A DNA stretch of 64,000 bases from an uncultured Phycisphaerales bacterium. Its GTDB lineage: Bacteria; Planctomycetota; Phycisphaerae; Tepidisphaerales; Tepidisphaeraceae. A model generated the notes under the pieces. The model was not told the DNA's origin. It did no database searches and saw nothing but the letters and a program-made list of their open reading frames with translations. Position 1 is the first letter of the stretch; each line of letters opens with the position of its first letter. Positions 28,207 to 38,587 of this stretch are shown one piece after another. The position numbers and the translations under genes are program-made. The DNA is taken from NCBI GenBank assembly GCA_963755915.1, contig CAVWLP010000002.1, positions 1,984,001-2,048,000 on the forward strand, written 5' to 3'.

Positions 28207-29399
28207 GGCTGATCTCCGACAGAATCCGGTCCCGTGATCGACCCCGGCTCAAACTCCATCCCGTCATACGAGTTCGATCCGTCTTCCAGCCGCGGCAAAT
28301 ACGCTCGTATAAACGCATTCCTCAGCACGTTTCCCACCATCGCCAGAATATCCCCCTTCGGCTTGCTCAAATCCCCCGTAAACGGAACGTACGTTCCAAA
28401 TTGATTCCGCTGCTGGTTCTTAAACACGCCTGTCGTCACCCCCAGCAGCGCCTGCCAGAAAAATTGCAACGGATCCTTGTCCCCCTTCACGTCCTCCACC
28501 AGATCAAAAACCGTCAAATCCCGAAACAGCGGCTTCACATACCCCTGGATTTCCCCCGCATGCGCCTGCGCCTCCACCACCAAATCAAACCACCCGTGCT
28601 TAAAATCAAACCGCCCATAAGTCATCGTCAGCGCGTTCAGCGTCGTCACGTCCAGCCCGATCAGCCGTGCCGCCATCTCAAAATGCGGGTTGTACGAAAA
28701 CGGATCCAGCTTCATATTGAATTCAAACTCCGCCTGATCCATCGCCATTCCCTTCGCGTGAATCGTCGTCAGCAGCTCCGCCGTCCGGCCTCGGATATTC
28801 GTCAAATCGTCAACTGTCCCTTCAAGCTGGTCCAGATAGATATCCACCGGCGTAGCTCGCCGGTAACTGTGAAAATGAATCGACCCGTCATGCATCTCCA
28901 ACCGGTTCAGATCAAACGGAAATAGCGCCCGCAGCATCGCCAGCCACGGACCCCCAGCGCCCGTCTGCCCCTCCGAATCATCGGATGAGTCGACAAAATT
29001 CACCTCCGGCTCCTGCATCGTTACCTCCCCCACGATCTTTCCATCCAGCACCGCGTTCCACTGCACCGCCAACTCCAGCCGCTTGCACTTAAACAGCGGC
29101 TCCGGCACCTCGCCGTTGGTCTTGAAGATCCGCACGTCATCGATCGAATACGCCCCCCGCCAGAGATCCAAGGTCACATCCCCAATCCGCCCCTCATACA
29201 AAACGCTCTGGCTCAGCGTCTTGTTGACATACCACCTGACTGCCCAAGGCAGCATCGGCCTTATGCAAACAATCACCCCCACCATCCCCAGCCCCAAATA
29301 CAGAATCGCGCGAACCCACCTCCGTCGCTTGCGCGGAACACGCTTCTGATCGCTTCCCGCCGCGGCTTCCACCTCGCTTTTGTCAATCGACTTGAACAT
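28203..29399 (-). CDS. DUF748 / AsmA-like protein
   Basis: N-terminal TM, YEGRIGDVTLDLWRGAY, GYVKPLF and LRNAFIRA motifs; ATGA overlap with the globin gene. Confidence 0.75.
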   Translation of the reverse strand: MFKSIDKSEVEAAAGSDQKRVPRKRRRWVRAILYLGLGMVGVIVCIRPMLPWAVRWYVNKTLSQSVLYEGRIGDVTLDLWRGAYSIDDVRIFKTNGEVPEPLFKCKRLELAVQWNAVLDGKIVGEVTMQEPEVNFVDSSDDSEGQTGAGGPWLAMLRALFPFDLNRLEMHDGSIHFHSYRRATPVDIYLDQLEGTVDDLTNIRGRTAELLTTIHAKGMAMDQAEFEFNMKLDPFSYNPHFEMAARLIGLDVTTLNALTMTYGRFDFKHGWFDLVVEAQAHAGEIQGYVKPLFRDLTVFDLVEDVKGDKDPLQFFWQALLGVTTGVFKNQQRNQFGTYVPFTGDLSKPKGDILAMVGNVLRNAFIRAYLPRLEDGSNSYDGMEFEPGSITGPDSVGDQP

Positions 29400-29528
29400 G
29401 AGCAACGTCTTTGAAGCACCATATTGTTTCCGCTTCAAACCGGTCAACGCCCAATATTTCAGCCAAATTTCCGGTATCTGGTCATTGCCGACCCCATCCT
29501 ATAAAATCGCGCCCCAGCAAAGCCCCCG

Positions 29529-29615
29529 GGAGGAGTGGCAGAGTGGTCGAATGCGCCGGTCTTGAAAACCGGTGGGCCCGCAAGGGTCCCGTGAGTTCGA
29601 ATCTCACCTCCTCCG
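29529..29615 (+). tRNA. tRNA-Ser (anticodon UGA); CCA not encoded
   Basis: Acceptor stem GGAGGAG/CTCCTCC, D-arm, anticodon stem CCGGT-ctTGAaa-ACCGG, long variable arm gggcccgcaagggtccc, T-loop GTTCGAAT, discriminator G. Confidence 0.97.
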
Positions 29616-29709
29616 TTTTTTGGCCCCGCCAAAAAACAGAGTCCCGATCTATCGGGACGGTCTACTGCTCCACTGTTCTACTGCTCAAATTCGCGCACCA
29701 GGTCCTCCA

Positions 29710-30012
29710 TTGCAACAAATCCCCATCCGCCTGAGCCCCGATTGCGATCCCAGCCAAATCGCTGATTCCGTCGACCGCGCGATTACCGACCTCGGCCTAA
29801 CCACCACTCTGCGCACGACGCTCAAATCTTATCCCGGCTGCATCCACTGGCACGTCAAGCGCAACCGCGAACCCGGAACCCTCGAGATCACTTTATGGCC
29901 ACAGGAAAACCGCGCATGGTTCACCATCCAGTCCGGCCGGAAAGGCCCCTGGATTAAGCAGTGTCTCGATCCGCTTCAATCCGCAATCCGCCGCCGATCC
30001 CGCGGCGTCTAG
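29710..30012 (+). CDS. Hypothetical protein (~100 aa)
   Basis: Plausible globular sequence YPGCIHWHVK...GTLEITLWP...WFTIQSGRKGPWI; TTG start inferred. Confidence 0.55.
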   Translation: MQQIPIRLSPDCDPSQIADSVDRAITDLGLTTTLRTTLKSYPGCIHWHVKRNREPGTLEITLWPQENRAWFTIQSGRKGPWIKQCLDPLQSAIRRRSRGV

Positions 30013-30740
30013 ATCAAGCCACCGAGCATCCCCACTCCCCATATCACCGCCAAAACTCCAGCTCCCCTCACCACATACTTCGGCTCCGGCAACAATTTCT
30101 CCATCGCAATAAGAACGGTAATCATCCCAATCACCACCGGATTCATCATCCCCAGCGCCAGAAGAATCAGCGTGGGCCCAAAGCAGCTCGTGACGCAGCA
30201 CAACCCGCATTCAATCCCGCGCGTCCACGCAGATTTCGATTCTCCACACTTTTCGCCGCACCGGCAACGCGAAAGCGCCCTTGCCTTCCACGGCATAAAC
30301 TGCATCGCCCCCGCAATCACCAGCGTTAGACCCATTACATCCGGCACCGCCCGGCTCACCGATTCCCACCTCATCGCCGCCATCCCCAGGATCACGCCCG
30401 GCAAATAAACCGCCACTCCCGCTGCGCTCCACACAAAAAAATACCCCGCCGCAACCAGCCCCGTCGCTGCCCACGTCCCACGATGCCGCCGCAGCATCGG
30501 CACCGCCGACGGCAGCATCATCGCCACCATCATCGCCACCCACATCCCCATGAACATCGCCCCCGCGCCTGCCCAGCTCTGCCCCGGCATACGCATCCAC
30601 ATCATCGACATCGTCCAGCCCCCGCTCATCTCCATCCCCCCCGACATCGAGTGGCAAAAATAGAGGGTGATCCCCGCGCATACCGCGAAGACCGCAGTTA
30701 CCACCGCGTAAAGCCGAGAATCGCCCGTTTCATCCGCCAT
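30009..30740 (-). CDS. DUF2182-like predicted metal-binding integral membrane protein
   Basis: Met-rich N-terminus, WVAMMVAMMLPS, QFMPWKARALSRC, GLCCVTSC and EK motifs. Confidence 0.85.
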   Translation of the reverse strand: MADETGDSRLYAVVTAVFAVCAGITLYFCHSMSGGMEMSGGWTMSMMWMRMPGQSWAGAGAMFMGMWVAMMVAMMLPSAVPMLRRHRGTWAATGLVAAGYFFVWSAAGVAVYLPGVILGMAAMRWESVSRAVPDVMGLTLVIAGAMQFMPWKARALSRCRCGEKCGESKSAWTRGIECGLCCVTSCFGPTLILLALGMMNPVVIGMITVLIAMEKLLPEPKYVVRGAGVLAVIWGVGMLGGLI

Positions 30741-30816
30741 CAGATGCCGGCCCTTAAATACCCCCCGTCGCCATTCCCTTTGCAATCCTATAATATGTTT
30801 CAAGGAGCATCTAATT

Positions 30817-31887
30817 TTGCTGCTCAAGATCGCAGAAATTCCCTCCACCATCTTCACCCCGCTTGCCGCGGGCCCGGCCGATATCTCCTCGGTCAAGGTT
30901 CTCCGCATCAGCATTACCGACCGCTGCAACTATCGCTGCCTTTACTGCATGCCCGAAGAGGGCGTCCCCTGGCTGCCCCGATTTGAAATCCTCACCTTCG
31001 AGGAAATCGCCCAGGTTGTCCGCGCCGCCGTTCACGTTCACGGCATCCGCCGCTTCAAGCTCACCGGTGGCGAGCCTACCGTCCGCAACGGCCTGGTTGA
31101 TCTCGTCAAAATGCTCCGCCGGATCAACGGCGTCGAAGACCTCTCCCTCACCACCAACGGCCAGCTCCTCGCCAATCTGGCAGAGCCCCTCCGCTCCGCT
31201 GGTCTCGACAGAATCACCGTCAGCATCGACAGCCTCGATCCCAATCGCTTTAAAAAGATAACCCGCACCGGCGATCTCTCCGCCGTCCTCCGCGGCCTCG
31301 ACCGCGCCGAAGAAGTCGGCCTTTCCCCCATCAAAATCAATTGCGTCACCATGCGCGGCATCAACGACGCCGAACTCCCCGATTTCGCCCGCCTGACTCT
31401 CAACCGCCGCGTCACCGTCCGCTTCATCGAATACATGCCCCTCGGCGATTCGGCCATAGGTCCAGCCGCCGGCTGCGAGGGCCAGGAGCGCGGACGCGAC
31501 ACCCTCATCCCCGAATCCGAAACCCGCGAAATCATCGAGCGCGAATTGGGCCCGCTCGAACCCGTCGATCGCCGATCCGAACCCGGCGTAGGCCCCGCCA
31601 CCGTCTGGCGTCTCTCCCGCGGAAATCCCATCGGCCGCATCGGCTTTATCAGCGCCATGTCCGCCCCATTCTGCTCCACCTGCAACCGCCTCCGCCTCAC
31701 CGCCGACGGCCTTCTCCGCTCCTGCCTCTTCGACGGCGGCGAAGTCGATGTCAAATCCATTCTCCGCGATCCCGCCGTCGGGTCTCCCCTCGCCGCGCTG
31801 GGCGATGCCATGACCCGCTGCGTCCGCCTAAAGCCACAGGTCCATTCCTATCACGGTAACAAGCAGATGAGCCGCATCGGCGGATAG
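30817..31887 (+). CDS. moaA: GTP 3',8-cyclase (molybdenum cofactor biosynthesis)
   Basis: LRISITDRCNYRCLYC, LTGGEP, FCSTCNRLRLTADG...C and C-terminal MSRIGG. Confidence 0.96.
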   Translation: MLLKIAEIPSTIFTPLAAGPADISSVKVLRISITDRCNYRCLYCMPEEGVPWLPRFEILTFEEIAQVVRAAVHVHGIRRFKLTGGEPTVRNGLVDLVKMLRRINGVEDLSLTTNGQLLANLAEPLRSAGLDRITVSIDSLDPNRFKKITRTGDLSAVLRGLDRAEEVGLSPIKINCVTMRGINDAELPDFARLTLNRRVTVRFIEYMPLGDSAIGPAAGCEGQERGRDTLIPESETREIIERELGPLEPVDRRSEPGVGPATVWRLSRGNPIGRIGFISAMSAPFCSTCNRLRLTADGLLRSCLFDGGEVDVKSILRDPAVGSPLAALGDAMTRCVRLKPQVHSYHGNKQMSRIGG

Positions 31888-31901
31888 AATCCCTTCACTC
31901 G

Positions 31902-32831
31902 ATGCCCAAGCAACGCAACGATCTGATCGACCGCCTCCAGTATTTCGCCCTGCGCTTCGTCGCCATGGTCATGCACTGGTTTCCCGTCAATCTCAACCTC
32001 AACACCGCCCGGTTCTTCGGCGCCCTCTGGGATTATTTCGACAAAAAGCACCACCATCGCGCCATGGCCAACCTCGAGCGCTCCTTCCCCGCCATGACGG
32101 ATGACCAGCGCCATCGCCTTGCCCGCCAGAGTGTCCAGCACATGTTTATGCTCGCCGTCGAGGTCCTCCACACCACCCACCTCGTCCGCATCGACACCTG
32201 GCGAAAATTTGTCGACATCGACAACTTCCAACAAACTCTCAGCCTCCTCATGAACAACGAAAAAGGTCTCATCATGCTCACCGGCCACTACGGAAACTGG
32301 GAGATCCTCGGCTACGTCATGGCCACCCTCGGCTTCGAAAGCACCGCCGTCGCCCGTCCACTCGACAACAAATACGTCAGCGACTGGCTCCTTGGCGTCC
32401 GCGAACGACAGGGCCAGAAAATCGTCGGAAAAAAAGGCGCCACCACCGAAATCACCACCCTCCTCGCCGGTGGGGGGGTCGTCGGTTTCGTCGCCGACCA
32501 GAACGCTGGCTCCAAAGGCGTCTTCGTCGATTTCTTCGGCCGAAAAGCCAGCACCTACAAATCCATCGGCCTGCTCGCCATGCAATACGAGGTCCCCGTC
32601 ATCGTCGGCTATGCCCGGCGCTTAAACGACCGCTTCCATTTCCGCCTCGCCACCCAGGACATCATTTTCCCCGCCGACTGGAAAGACCAACCCGACCCCC
32701 TCCACTACATCACCCAGCGCTACACCAAAGCGATCGAAGATTTCGTCCGCGCCGACCCCAGCCAATACCTCTGGCTCCACCGCCGCTGGCGATCCCGCCC
32801 CAAAGGCGAAATGCCCTTGAAATACGATTAA
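31902..32831 (+). CDS. LpxL/HtrB-family lipid A (lysophospholipid) acyltransferase
   Basis: GHYGNWE, ADQ, VFVDFFG and PSQYLWLHRRW motifs. Confidence 0.9.
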   Translation: MPKQRNDLIDRLQYFALRFVAMVMHWFPVNLNLNTARFFGALWDYFDKKHHHRAMANLERSFPAMTDDQRHRLARQSVQHMFMLAVEVLHTTHLVRIDTWRKFVDIDNFQQTLSLLMNNEKGLIMLTGHYGNWEILGYVMATLGFESTAVARPLDNKYVSDWLLGVRERQGQKIVGKKGATTEITTLLAGGGVVGFVADQNAGSKGVFVDFFGRKASTYKSIGLLAMQYEVPVIVGYARRLNDRFHFRLATQDIIFPADWKDQPDPLHYITQRYTKAIEDFVRADPSQYLWLHRRWRSRPKGEMPLKYD

Positions 32832-32904
32832 ATCTCACGCAGAGGCGCAAGAGGCGCAGAGTAGAATAAGCCCTTCTCTCTGCGCCTTGCGCTCTGCGTG
32901 AGAT
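32832..32904. repeat. Long palindromic REP-like element between convergent genes
   Basis: Outer arms atctcacgcagag / ctctgcgtgagat, inner arms ggcgcagag / ctctgcgcc. Confidence 0.8.
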
Positions 32905-32906
32905 CT

Positions 32907-33968
32907 TCATTCTTTTTTTAGCAATAGCCCTCGATACTGCGGATAAACAATCCCCCACGTAAATCGCTCCTCCACGGTCTTCACTCCCCCCGCGACAAGT
33001 TTCTCCCTCAGCCCCGAATCCGTCAAAATCTTCGCGATCGCATCCGCCAGCGCCGGCGGATTGCGCCGGAACCAGCAGCCCGTTCATCCCATTCTCAATC
33101 ACATCCCGAATCCCCGGCACATTCGTCCCGATCACCGGCACGCCCGCCGCCATCGCTTCGATCAGCACCAGCCCAAACCCCTCCGCATCCGACGGCAGCA
33201 CCAGCACGTCAATGCTCGCCAAGGCTCCCACCGGCCCGGCGACCGCCCCATGCAAAATCACCCGGTTCTTCAAATCCAGCGATTCAATCGCCGCCGAAAT
33301 ATTCTTCCGCTCTTCCCCCTCCCCAAAAATATCCAAAATCACCGGCGGAAACAGCATCGACACCGCCGTCACCAAATCCGGCACACGCTTGATCGCATCC
33401 AGCCTCCCGATAAACCCCACGTGCGACTCCTCATCCTCTTCCGTCCCCGCCGCCTCCTCCGGCAAATCCACCGCGTTTGGAATCACCAGAATCTTCCGCC
33501 GATCCACCCCCGCAAAGTTCTCCGCCGCCTCCGCCGCCGAGGGCGACGGCACGACGATCACTTCCGCCGCTCCCTGAATCGCATTCTGCACCGCCCAGTG
33601 CCACGCCGGCTTCGCCTGCGTCGTCTGGATCGACTGAATAAATCGAACCCCCGGCATAAATCGCGCCGCCACTGCCGCCACCGCATTGGCATGAATCAGA
33701 AAACTGAAAACAGTGTCGATGCGTTTCTCGCGAATCAGCCCCAGCAGCCGAAAATAACCCGCGCATCCCACTTCCCCGCGGCCTCCAGCGCCGTTACCGA
33801 CACGCCATGCTCCTGCAATTGCTCTGCCACCGGTCCCCACCCATCCAGACAAGCGACCTCCACCTCAAAATCCTCATCCGCATTCAGCCGCAGCGCCAGC
33901 TCGCGCACGACGGTCGGCGTCCCGCCGATTTTCAGATCCGTGATGAGCAATAAAATTCGCGTCGCCAT
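32907..33968 (-). CDS. GT4-family glycosyltransferase (frameshifts near 33750 and 33060)
   Basis: LLITDLKIGGTP, IPNAVD, GRLDAIK and EGFGLVLIEAMAAGVPVI motifs. Confidence 0.88.
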
Positions 33969-34155
33969 TTCAAAAGGGGAGTTTACACGAATCCGTGCGG
34001 CGCGCCCCTTGCTTCATCTTCCACCCATCGAGCCGAAGCCATCGACCGCGACACCGTGTCGCTCGTGCTTTTGCTCGAAACGTCCACAGCGCCGCCGTGG
34101 GTGATTTCGCACGCACTTGTGTTTGGACAACTGCCGGATTAAACCACCCCCGCAG

Positions 34156-35754
34156 ATGTCCAACCCCGAAGACTTCTCCAGCCCCGTCACCCCGCGCCTC
34201 CTCTTAAAATTCCTATCTCGCGGCAACTTCCGCGCCCTCCTCCGCGAATTCCATTCCCCCCGCCCATCCGACTACCAGCGCTGGCGTCAACTCCACCCGC
34301 CCCCCAGAAAAAACCATCTCCATTCCGGCCCCAAATTCTCAATCATCTCCAGCGGCAGCCCGTCGCTCCAAAACCAACTCTACAAAAACTACGAACTCCT
34401 CCCCCCAACCAAATCCCGTCTAGATTCCGCCACCGGCCAATACCTCTGCTTCCTCGATGAAGGCGACCGCCTCGCCCCCCACGCGCTGCTCCGCCTCGCC
34501 GAGCAGATCACTGCCAACCCATCCATAGACATCCTCTACTCCGACGAAGACCGCATCACCTCCACAGGCGACCACCACACCCCCTTCTTCAAGCCCGATT
34601 GGTCCCCCGACTATTTTCTCGAATTCCCTTATATTGGCCGCCTCACCGCCTTTCGCACCAACCTGGTCCGCGACGCCGGCGGCCTCCGCCCCGATCTCCA
34701 ATCCGCCACCGAATTAGACCTCCTCCTCCGCCTCCTCCCCCGCAATCCGACAATTGCTCACATCCCCGACATCCTCTACCACCGCCAGGCTAAAAATCCC
34801 CTCGCCCCCTCCCCCGACGCCACCCAACGTCTGCTCGAAGAATTCGTAGAAGCGGCGTCCCCGCCGCTTCCCTCCTCAAGCGGCGAGGACGCCGCTTCTA
34901 CAACACCCGGACTCTCCCCCGAAACCCACCGCATCCGCTACACCATCACCGGCAATCCCCTCATCTCCATCGTCATCCCCAGCGCCTGCCGAACCATCAC
35001 AAAAAACGGCCGCCAAACCTGGTTCCTCCTCGAATGCATCTCCAGCATCCGCCGGCTCAGCACCTACAAAAATTTCGAGATCATCGCCCTCGACAACAAC
35101 GACATGCCCCCCGATCTCGCGGCCGCCCTCAAACCCTTCGACGTCCGCATCGTCCCATACACCGAACCCTTCAACCTCACCCGAAAAATCAATCTCGGCG
35201 TTTCCCACGCCCGCGGCCAGCACCTCCTTCTCCTCAATGACGACATCGAAGTCCTCACCCCCGATTGGATCGAATCGATGCTCGAATATTCACAGCAGCC
35301 CCACATCGGCGCTGTCGGCGCAAAACTCCTCTTCCCAAACAACACCCAGCAACACACCGGCGTGATTCTTCTCAACGGCAACCCCCGCCACCCCTTCTAC
35401 GGCCAGCCCGCCGACCACCCCGGATATTTCCACAGCTCCCAGGTCGTCAGAAACTGGTCCGCCGTCACCGGCGCCTGTATGATGACCCGCGCCGAAAACT
35501 ACCTGAAAGTCGCCGGCTTCTCCGAAGAATTCCCCCTCAACTACAACGACATCGACTATTGCCTCAAGCTCCTCGAACTCGGCAAGCGAATCGTCTGCAC
35601 CCCCTACGCGATCCTCCACCACTACGAATCCGTCAGCAAAACCGGCACCTACCGCGCCGAGTTCCAAGCCTTCCACCGCAAATGGCAAACCCGCTTCCCT
35701 CGCGACCCCTACTACAACCCAAATTTGACACGCCATTTCCGCGTCAAATTATAA
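34156..35754 (+). CDS. Two-domain GT2-family glycosyltransferase (O-antigen type)
   Basis: LYSDED...FFKPDWSPD, LLLLNDDIE, AVTGACMM and YNDIDYCL motifs. Confidence 0.9.
   Translation: MSNPEDFSSPVTPRLLLKFLSRGNFRALLREFHSPRPSDYQRWRQLHPPPRKNHLHSGPKFSIISSGSPSLQNQLYKNYELLPPTKSRLDSATGQYLCFLDEGDRLAPHALLRLAEQITANPSIDILYSDEDRITSTGDHHTPFFKPDWSPDYFLEFPYIGRLTAFRTNLVRDAGGLRPDLQSATELDLLLRLLPRNPTIAHIPDILYHRQAKNPLAPSPDATQRLLEEFVEAASPPLPSSSGEDAASTTPGLSPETHRIRYTITGNPLISIVIPSACRTITKNGRQTWFLLECISSIRRLSTYKNFEIIALDNNDMPPDLAAALKPFDVRIVPYTEPFNLTRKINLGVSHARGQHLLLLNDDIEVLTPDWIESMLEYSQQPHIGAVGAKLLFPNNTQQHTGVILLNGNPRHPFYGQPADHPGYFHSSQVVRNWSAVTGACMMTRAENYLKVAGFSEEFPLNYNDIDYCLKLLELGKRIVCTPYAILHHYESVSKTGTYRAEFQAFHRKWQTRFPRDPYYNPNLTRHFRVKL
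34846..34901. repeat. GTAG-type REP doublet (56-bp hairpin) inside the GT2 coding sequence
   Basis: gtagaagcggcgtccccgccgctt-ccctcctc-aagcggcgaggacgccgcttctac: 24-bp arms with one mismatch. Confidence 0.85.
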
Positions 35755-36620
35755 GAGCGTTGACAACCCCTCTCGCAAGCCATATTTCGGCCTGAACCCA
35801 ATCGACCGCAGCTTCCCCACATCCGCCGTCAAAACCTTTGGATTCTCCGCCGTCGCCCCAGCATCCTGGATCTCAAGCAATGATTCCCCACCTGTCAATT
35901 CCGCAATCGTTTTTCCAATCTCCCCCAGCGACTTCGCCTCCCCCGACGCCACATTCACAACTCCCGTCAGCTCCGATTCCAAAATCGCCACAAACGCCCC
36001 CGCCACATCCTCAACGTGCATGAAGTCCCTCATGTGCCCCCTAAATTTCACCGCCGCGCACTCCCTATTCTGTAGCGGATTCAAGATCGATGGCACAAAC
36101 CTCCGCGGATCTTCCCCCGGCCCATAGGTAAAAAAAATTCTCCCCCACGCCACGGAAACATTTCCCTCTTTCGCCACCGCTTCCACATTCACGCGAGTCG
36201 AATTCTTGCAAACGCCATAAGGCGTCCCCGGCTTACTCGGCGTCTTCTCTTCAGTCAGATGCGAATACGACCAGTCATATTCCCGCACGTCCCCGCAAAC
36301 ACCGCCCGCCTCCCGCCTCCCGCCACAAAACTCTTAAACAGCTCTTCCGACGCCTTCTTCCACTCGACATTGGCCCGCGAATCCCAAAACTTGCCATGCT
36401 CCGCGTACCATGCCAGATGCACCAGATGCGTCGCCCTCACCCGCGCAGCCATCTCCCGCATTTTCCGCGTGTCCAGCAAATCCACTCGATGCGATATCAC
36501 CCCCGGCAGGGGGGCACTATGCAGATGCACCCCATGCACCTCATACCCCCTCCCCAAAAGCTGCGCCACCACCCGCCTCCCCAAAAACCCGCCAGACCCT
36601 GTCACCAATACGCGGTTCAC
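35749..36620 (-). CDS. NAD-dependent epimerase/dehydratase, probable NDP-4-keto-sugar reductase (frameshift near 36285)
   Basis: VLVTGSGGFLG, HLAW, YGVCK (YxxxK), RIFFTYGP and RDFMHVEDVA motifs. Confidence 0.85.
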
Positions 36621-36811
36621 TTGGAAATTCCCCCAGGCCCACCCGTCCAACACCCCAAGGCCGCACCGAACGTCACCAGGCCAGCCATATGCTCCCGCGG
36701 CGGAACCGCCCATGCATATACGAGCCCCCGAGTTCCGTTCGTCAAGCAAACCGTAACCGATAAAAGTCTTTTGCTTCTTATTCCGTCAATTGATGTCCGG
36801 CGCATTCCCAT

Positions 36812-37340
36812 TCAACCCCCATAATCCGGATACGTCCGATCCCTCTCCGAAATCACCGAAACCTTCTCAGGCCATTTGATGCCAAACGCCGAATCATCAT
36901 ACCTCACCCCGCGCCGTCTCCGCGGCATACCACTCAAACATATCGTAGAGCACCTCCGCCCCATCCGTCAGAGTCTGAAACCCATGCGCAAATCCCACCG
37001 GAATAAAAATCCCCCGATGACTCTCCGCCGAAAGTTCCACCCCAAACCACTTCCGATGCGTCCCCGATTCCTTCCGCAGATCAATGATCACATCATAAAT
37101 CGCCCCGCTCGTGCACCGCACCAGCTTCGGCTGCGCCATCGGCTCAACCTGAAAATGCATCCCCCGCAACGTCCCCTTCTTCGCATTAAAAGAAATATTC
37201 GACTGCACGATCCCCGTCGGCAACCCCAATTTCTCAAACTTCCCCCGGTCAAACGAATAGCAAAAGAACCCCCGCTCGTCCCGGAATTTCTCCGGCTCGA
37301 TTACAAACGCTCCCGCCAATTCCGTCGCTTCAAATTTCAT
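36812..37340 (-). CDS. rfbC: NDP-4-dehydro-6-deoxyglucose 3,5-epimerase, RfbC/RmlC family (frameshift near 36900)
   Basis: DERGFF, GTLRGMHFQ, KLVRC, DVIIDLR and GFAHGFQTL motifs. The C-terminus ...DDSAFGIKWP...SERD is in the shifted frame. Confidence 0.9.
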
Positions 37341-37349
37341 TCTTTTCCT

Positions 37350-38582
37350 TCAAAAATCACGCACCACTGGAATCGCCACCACAAATTTTCCACCCCATTC
37401 CCGGATAAACTCCATCTGCCACATAACCTCCACCCGAATATTCCACGGCAAAATCAGCAGATAATCCGGCTTCGTCTCCCTCACCTTCTCCGGCGCTTCT
37501 ATCGGAATATGACTCCCGGGCAGAAACTTCCCCTGCTTATACGGCGACTGATCCACCACATACTCAATCGAATCCCCCTTCACCCCGCAAAAATTCAGCA
37601 GCGTGTTCCCCTTCGCCGCCGCCCCATATCCCACGATCTTTTTATTCTCCGATTTCGCCTCACGCAGAAACCCCAAAAACTCCTCCCTGGTCTTCCTGAT
37701 CCGCTCGCCGAAATTCCGATACGTCGAGATCTCCCCCAACCCATGCCGCCTCTCCATCTCCAGCATCTCCCCCACGCGCCCCCCAATCTTAACCGCTGAT
37801 TCCGCATGCACCCCAAATATTCGGACCGACCCCCCATGCGTGGGCAACTCTTCCACATCAAAAAGCTTCATCCCATGCGCCCCAAACAGCCGCTGTGCGA
37901 ACGAAAAACTCAAATACGAAAAATGCTCGTGATAAATCGTATCAAACTGGTTCTCCTCGATCAGCCGCAGCAGATGCGGAAACTCCATCGTAAAAATCCC
38001 GCTAGGCGACAGCAGAATCTTCATCCCCTCCACAAAATCGTTGATATCCGGCACATGCGCCAGCACATTATTCCCCAGCACCAGCGCCGGCTTCACCCCC
38101 TCCCCCTTCAATTTCCGCGCACACGCCTCCCCGAAAAATTCCACCCGCGTCGGAATTCCCCGCTCCTCCCGCGCCACCTTCGCCACATTTGCCGCCGGCT
38201 CAATCCCCAGCACGTCGGCGCCAATTCGCTTAAAATACTGAAGCAGATATCCATCATTGCTCGCGATCTCCACCACACTCGCCCCCGCCCCAATCCCAAA
38301 CCGCCGGCGCATCATCTCCACGTATTCTTCCGCATGTTTCAGCCAGCTCACCGAATACGCCGAGAAATAGGCGTAATCGCTAAAAATCTGCTCCGGCGTC
38401 TCAAACTCCTCAAGCTGCACCAGCTTGCACTCCCCGCAGACCCATGCATGCAGCGGATAAACCGCCTCCTTCTTCGATAACAGCTCTCTTGTCAGATAAG
38501 AATTGCTCGGCGGAGACATCCCCAAATCGGCAAACGTCACCGTTAATTCCGCTCCACAAAATCGGCACCGCGCAGATGGCAT
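37350..38582 (-). CDS. NDP-hexose C-methyltransferase (Zn-binding, SAM-dependent)
   Basis: CRFCG...CGEC, EIASNDG, NNVLAHVPD, FDTIYHEH, HGGS, YGAAAKGNT and LILPWN motifs. Confidence 0.92.
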   Translation of the reverse strand: MPSARCRFCGAELTVTFADLGMSPPSNSYLTRELLSKKEAVYPLHAWVCGECKLVQLEEFETPEQIFSDYAYFSAYSVSWLKHAEEYVEMMRRRFGIGAGASVVEIASNDGYLLQYFKRIGADVLGIEPAANVAKVAREERGIPTRVEFFGEACARKLKGEGVKPALVLGNNVLAHVPDINDFVEGMKILLSPSGIFTMEFPHLLRLIEENQFDTIYHEHFSYLSFSFAQRLFGAHGMKLFDVEELPTHGGSVRIFGVHAESAVKIGGRVGEMLEMERRHGLGEISTYRNFGERIRKTREEFLGFLREAKSENKKIVGYGAAAKGNTLLNFCGVKGDSIEYVVDQSPYKQGKFLPGSHIPIEAPEKVRETKPDYLLILPWNIRVEVMWQMEFIREWGGKFVVAIPVVRDF

Positions 38583-38587
38583 CACAC

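Noticed and set aside
29529-29615. Selenocysteine or suppressor tRNA, or a tRNA-targeted integrated element
   Set aside because: Anticodon UGA reads UCA (Ser), whereas tRNA-Sec has anticodon UCA. No integrase or duplicated tRNA 3' end was seen nearby.
36621-36811. Small ORF or structured RNA between rfbC and the reductase
   Set aside because: The 64-aa frame has no recognisable features, and I could not identify a convincing hairpin or repeat family.
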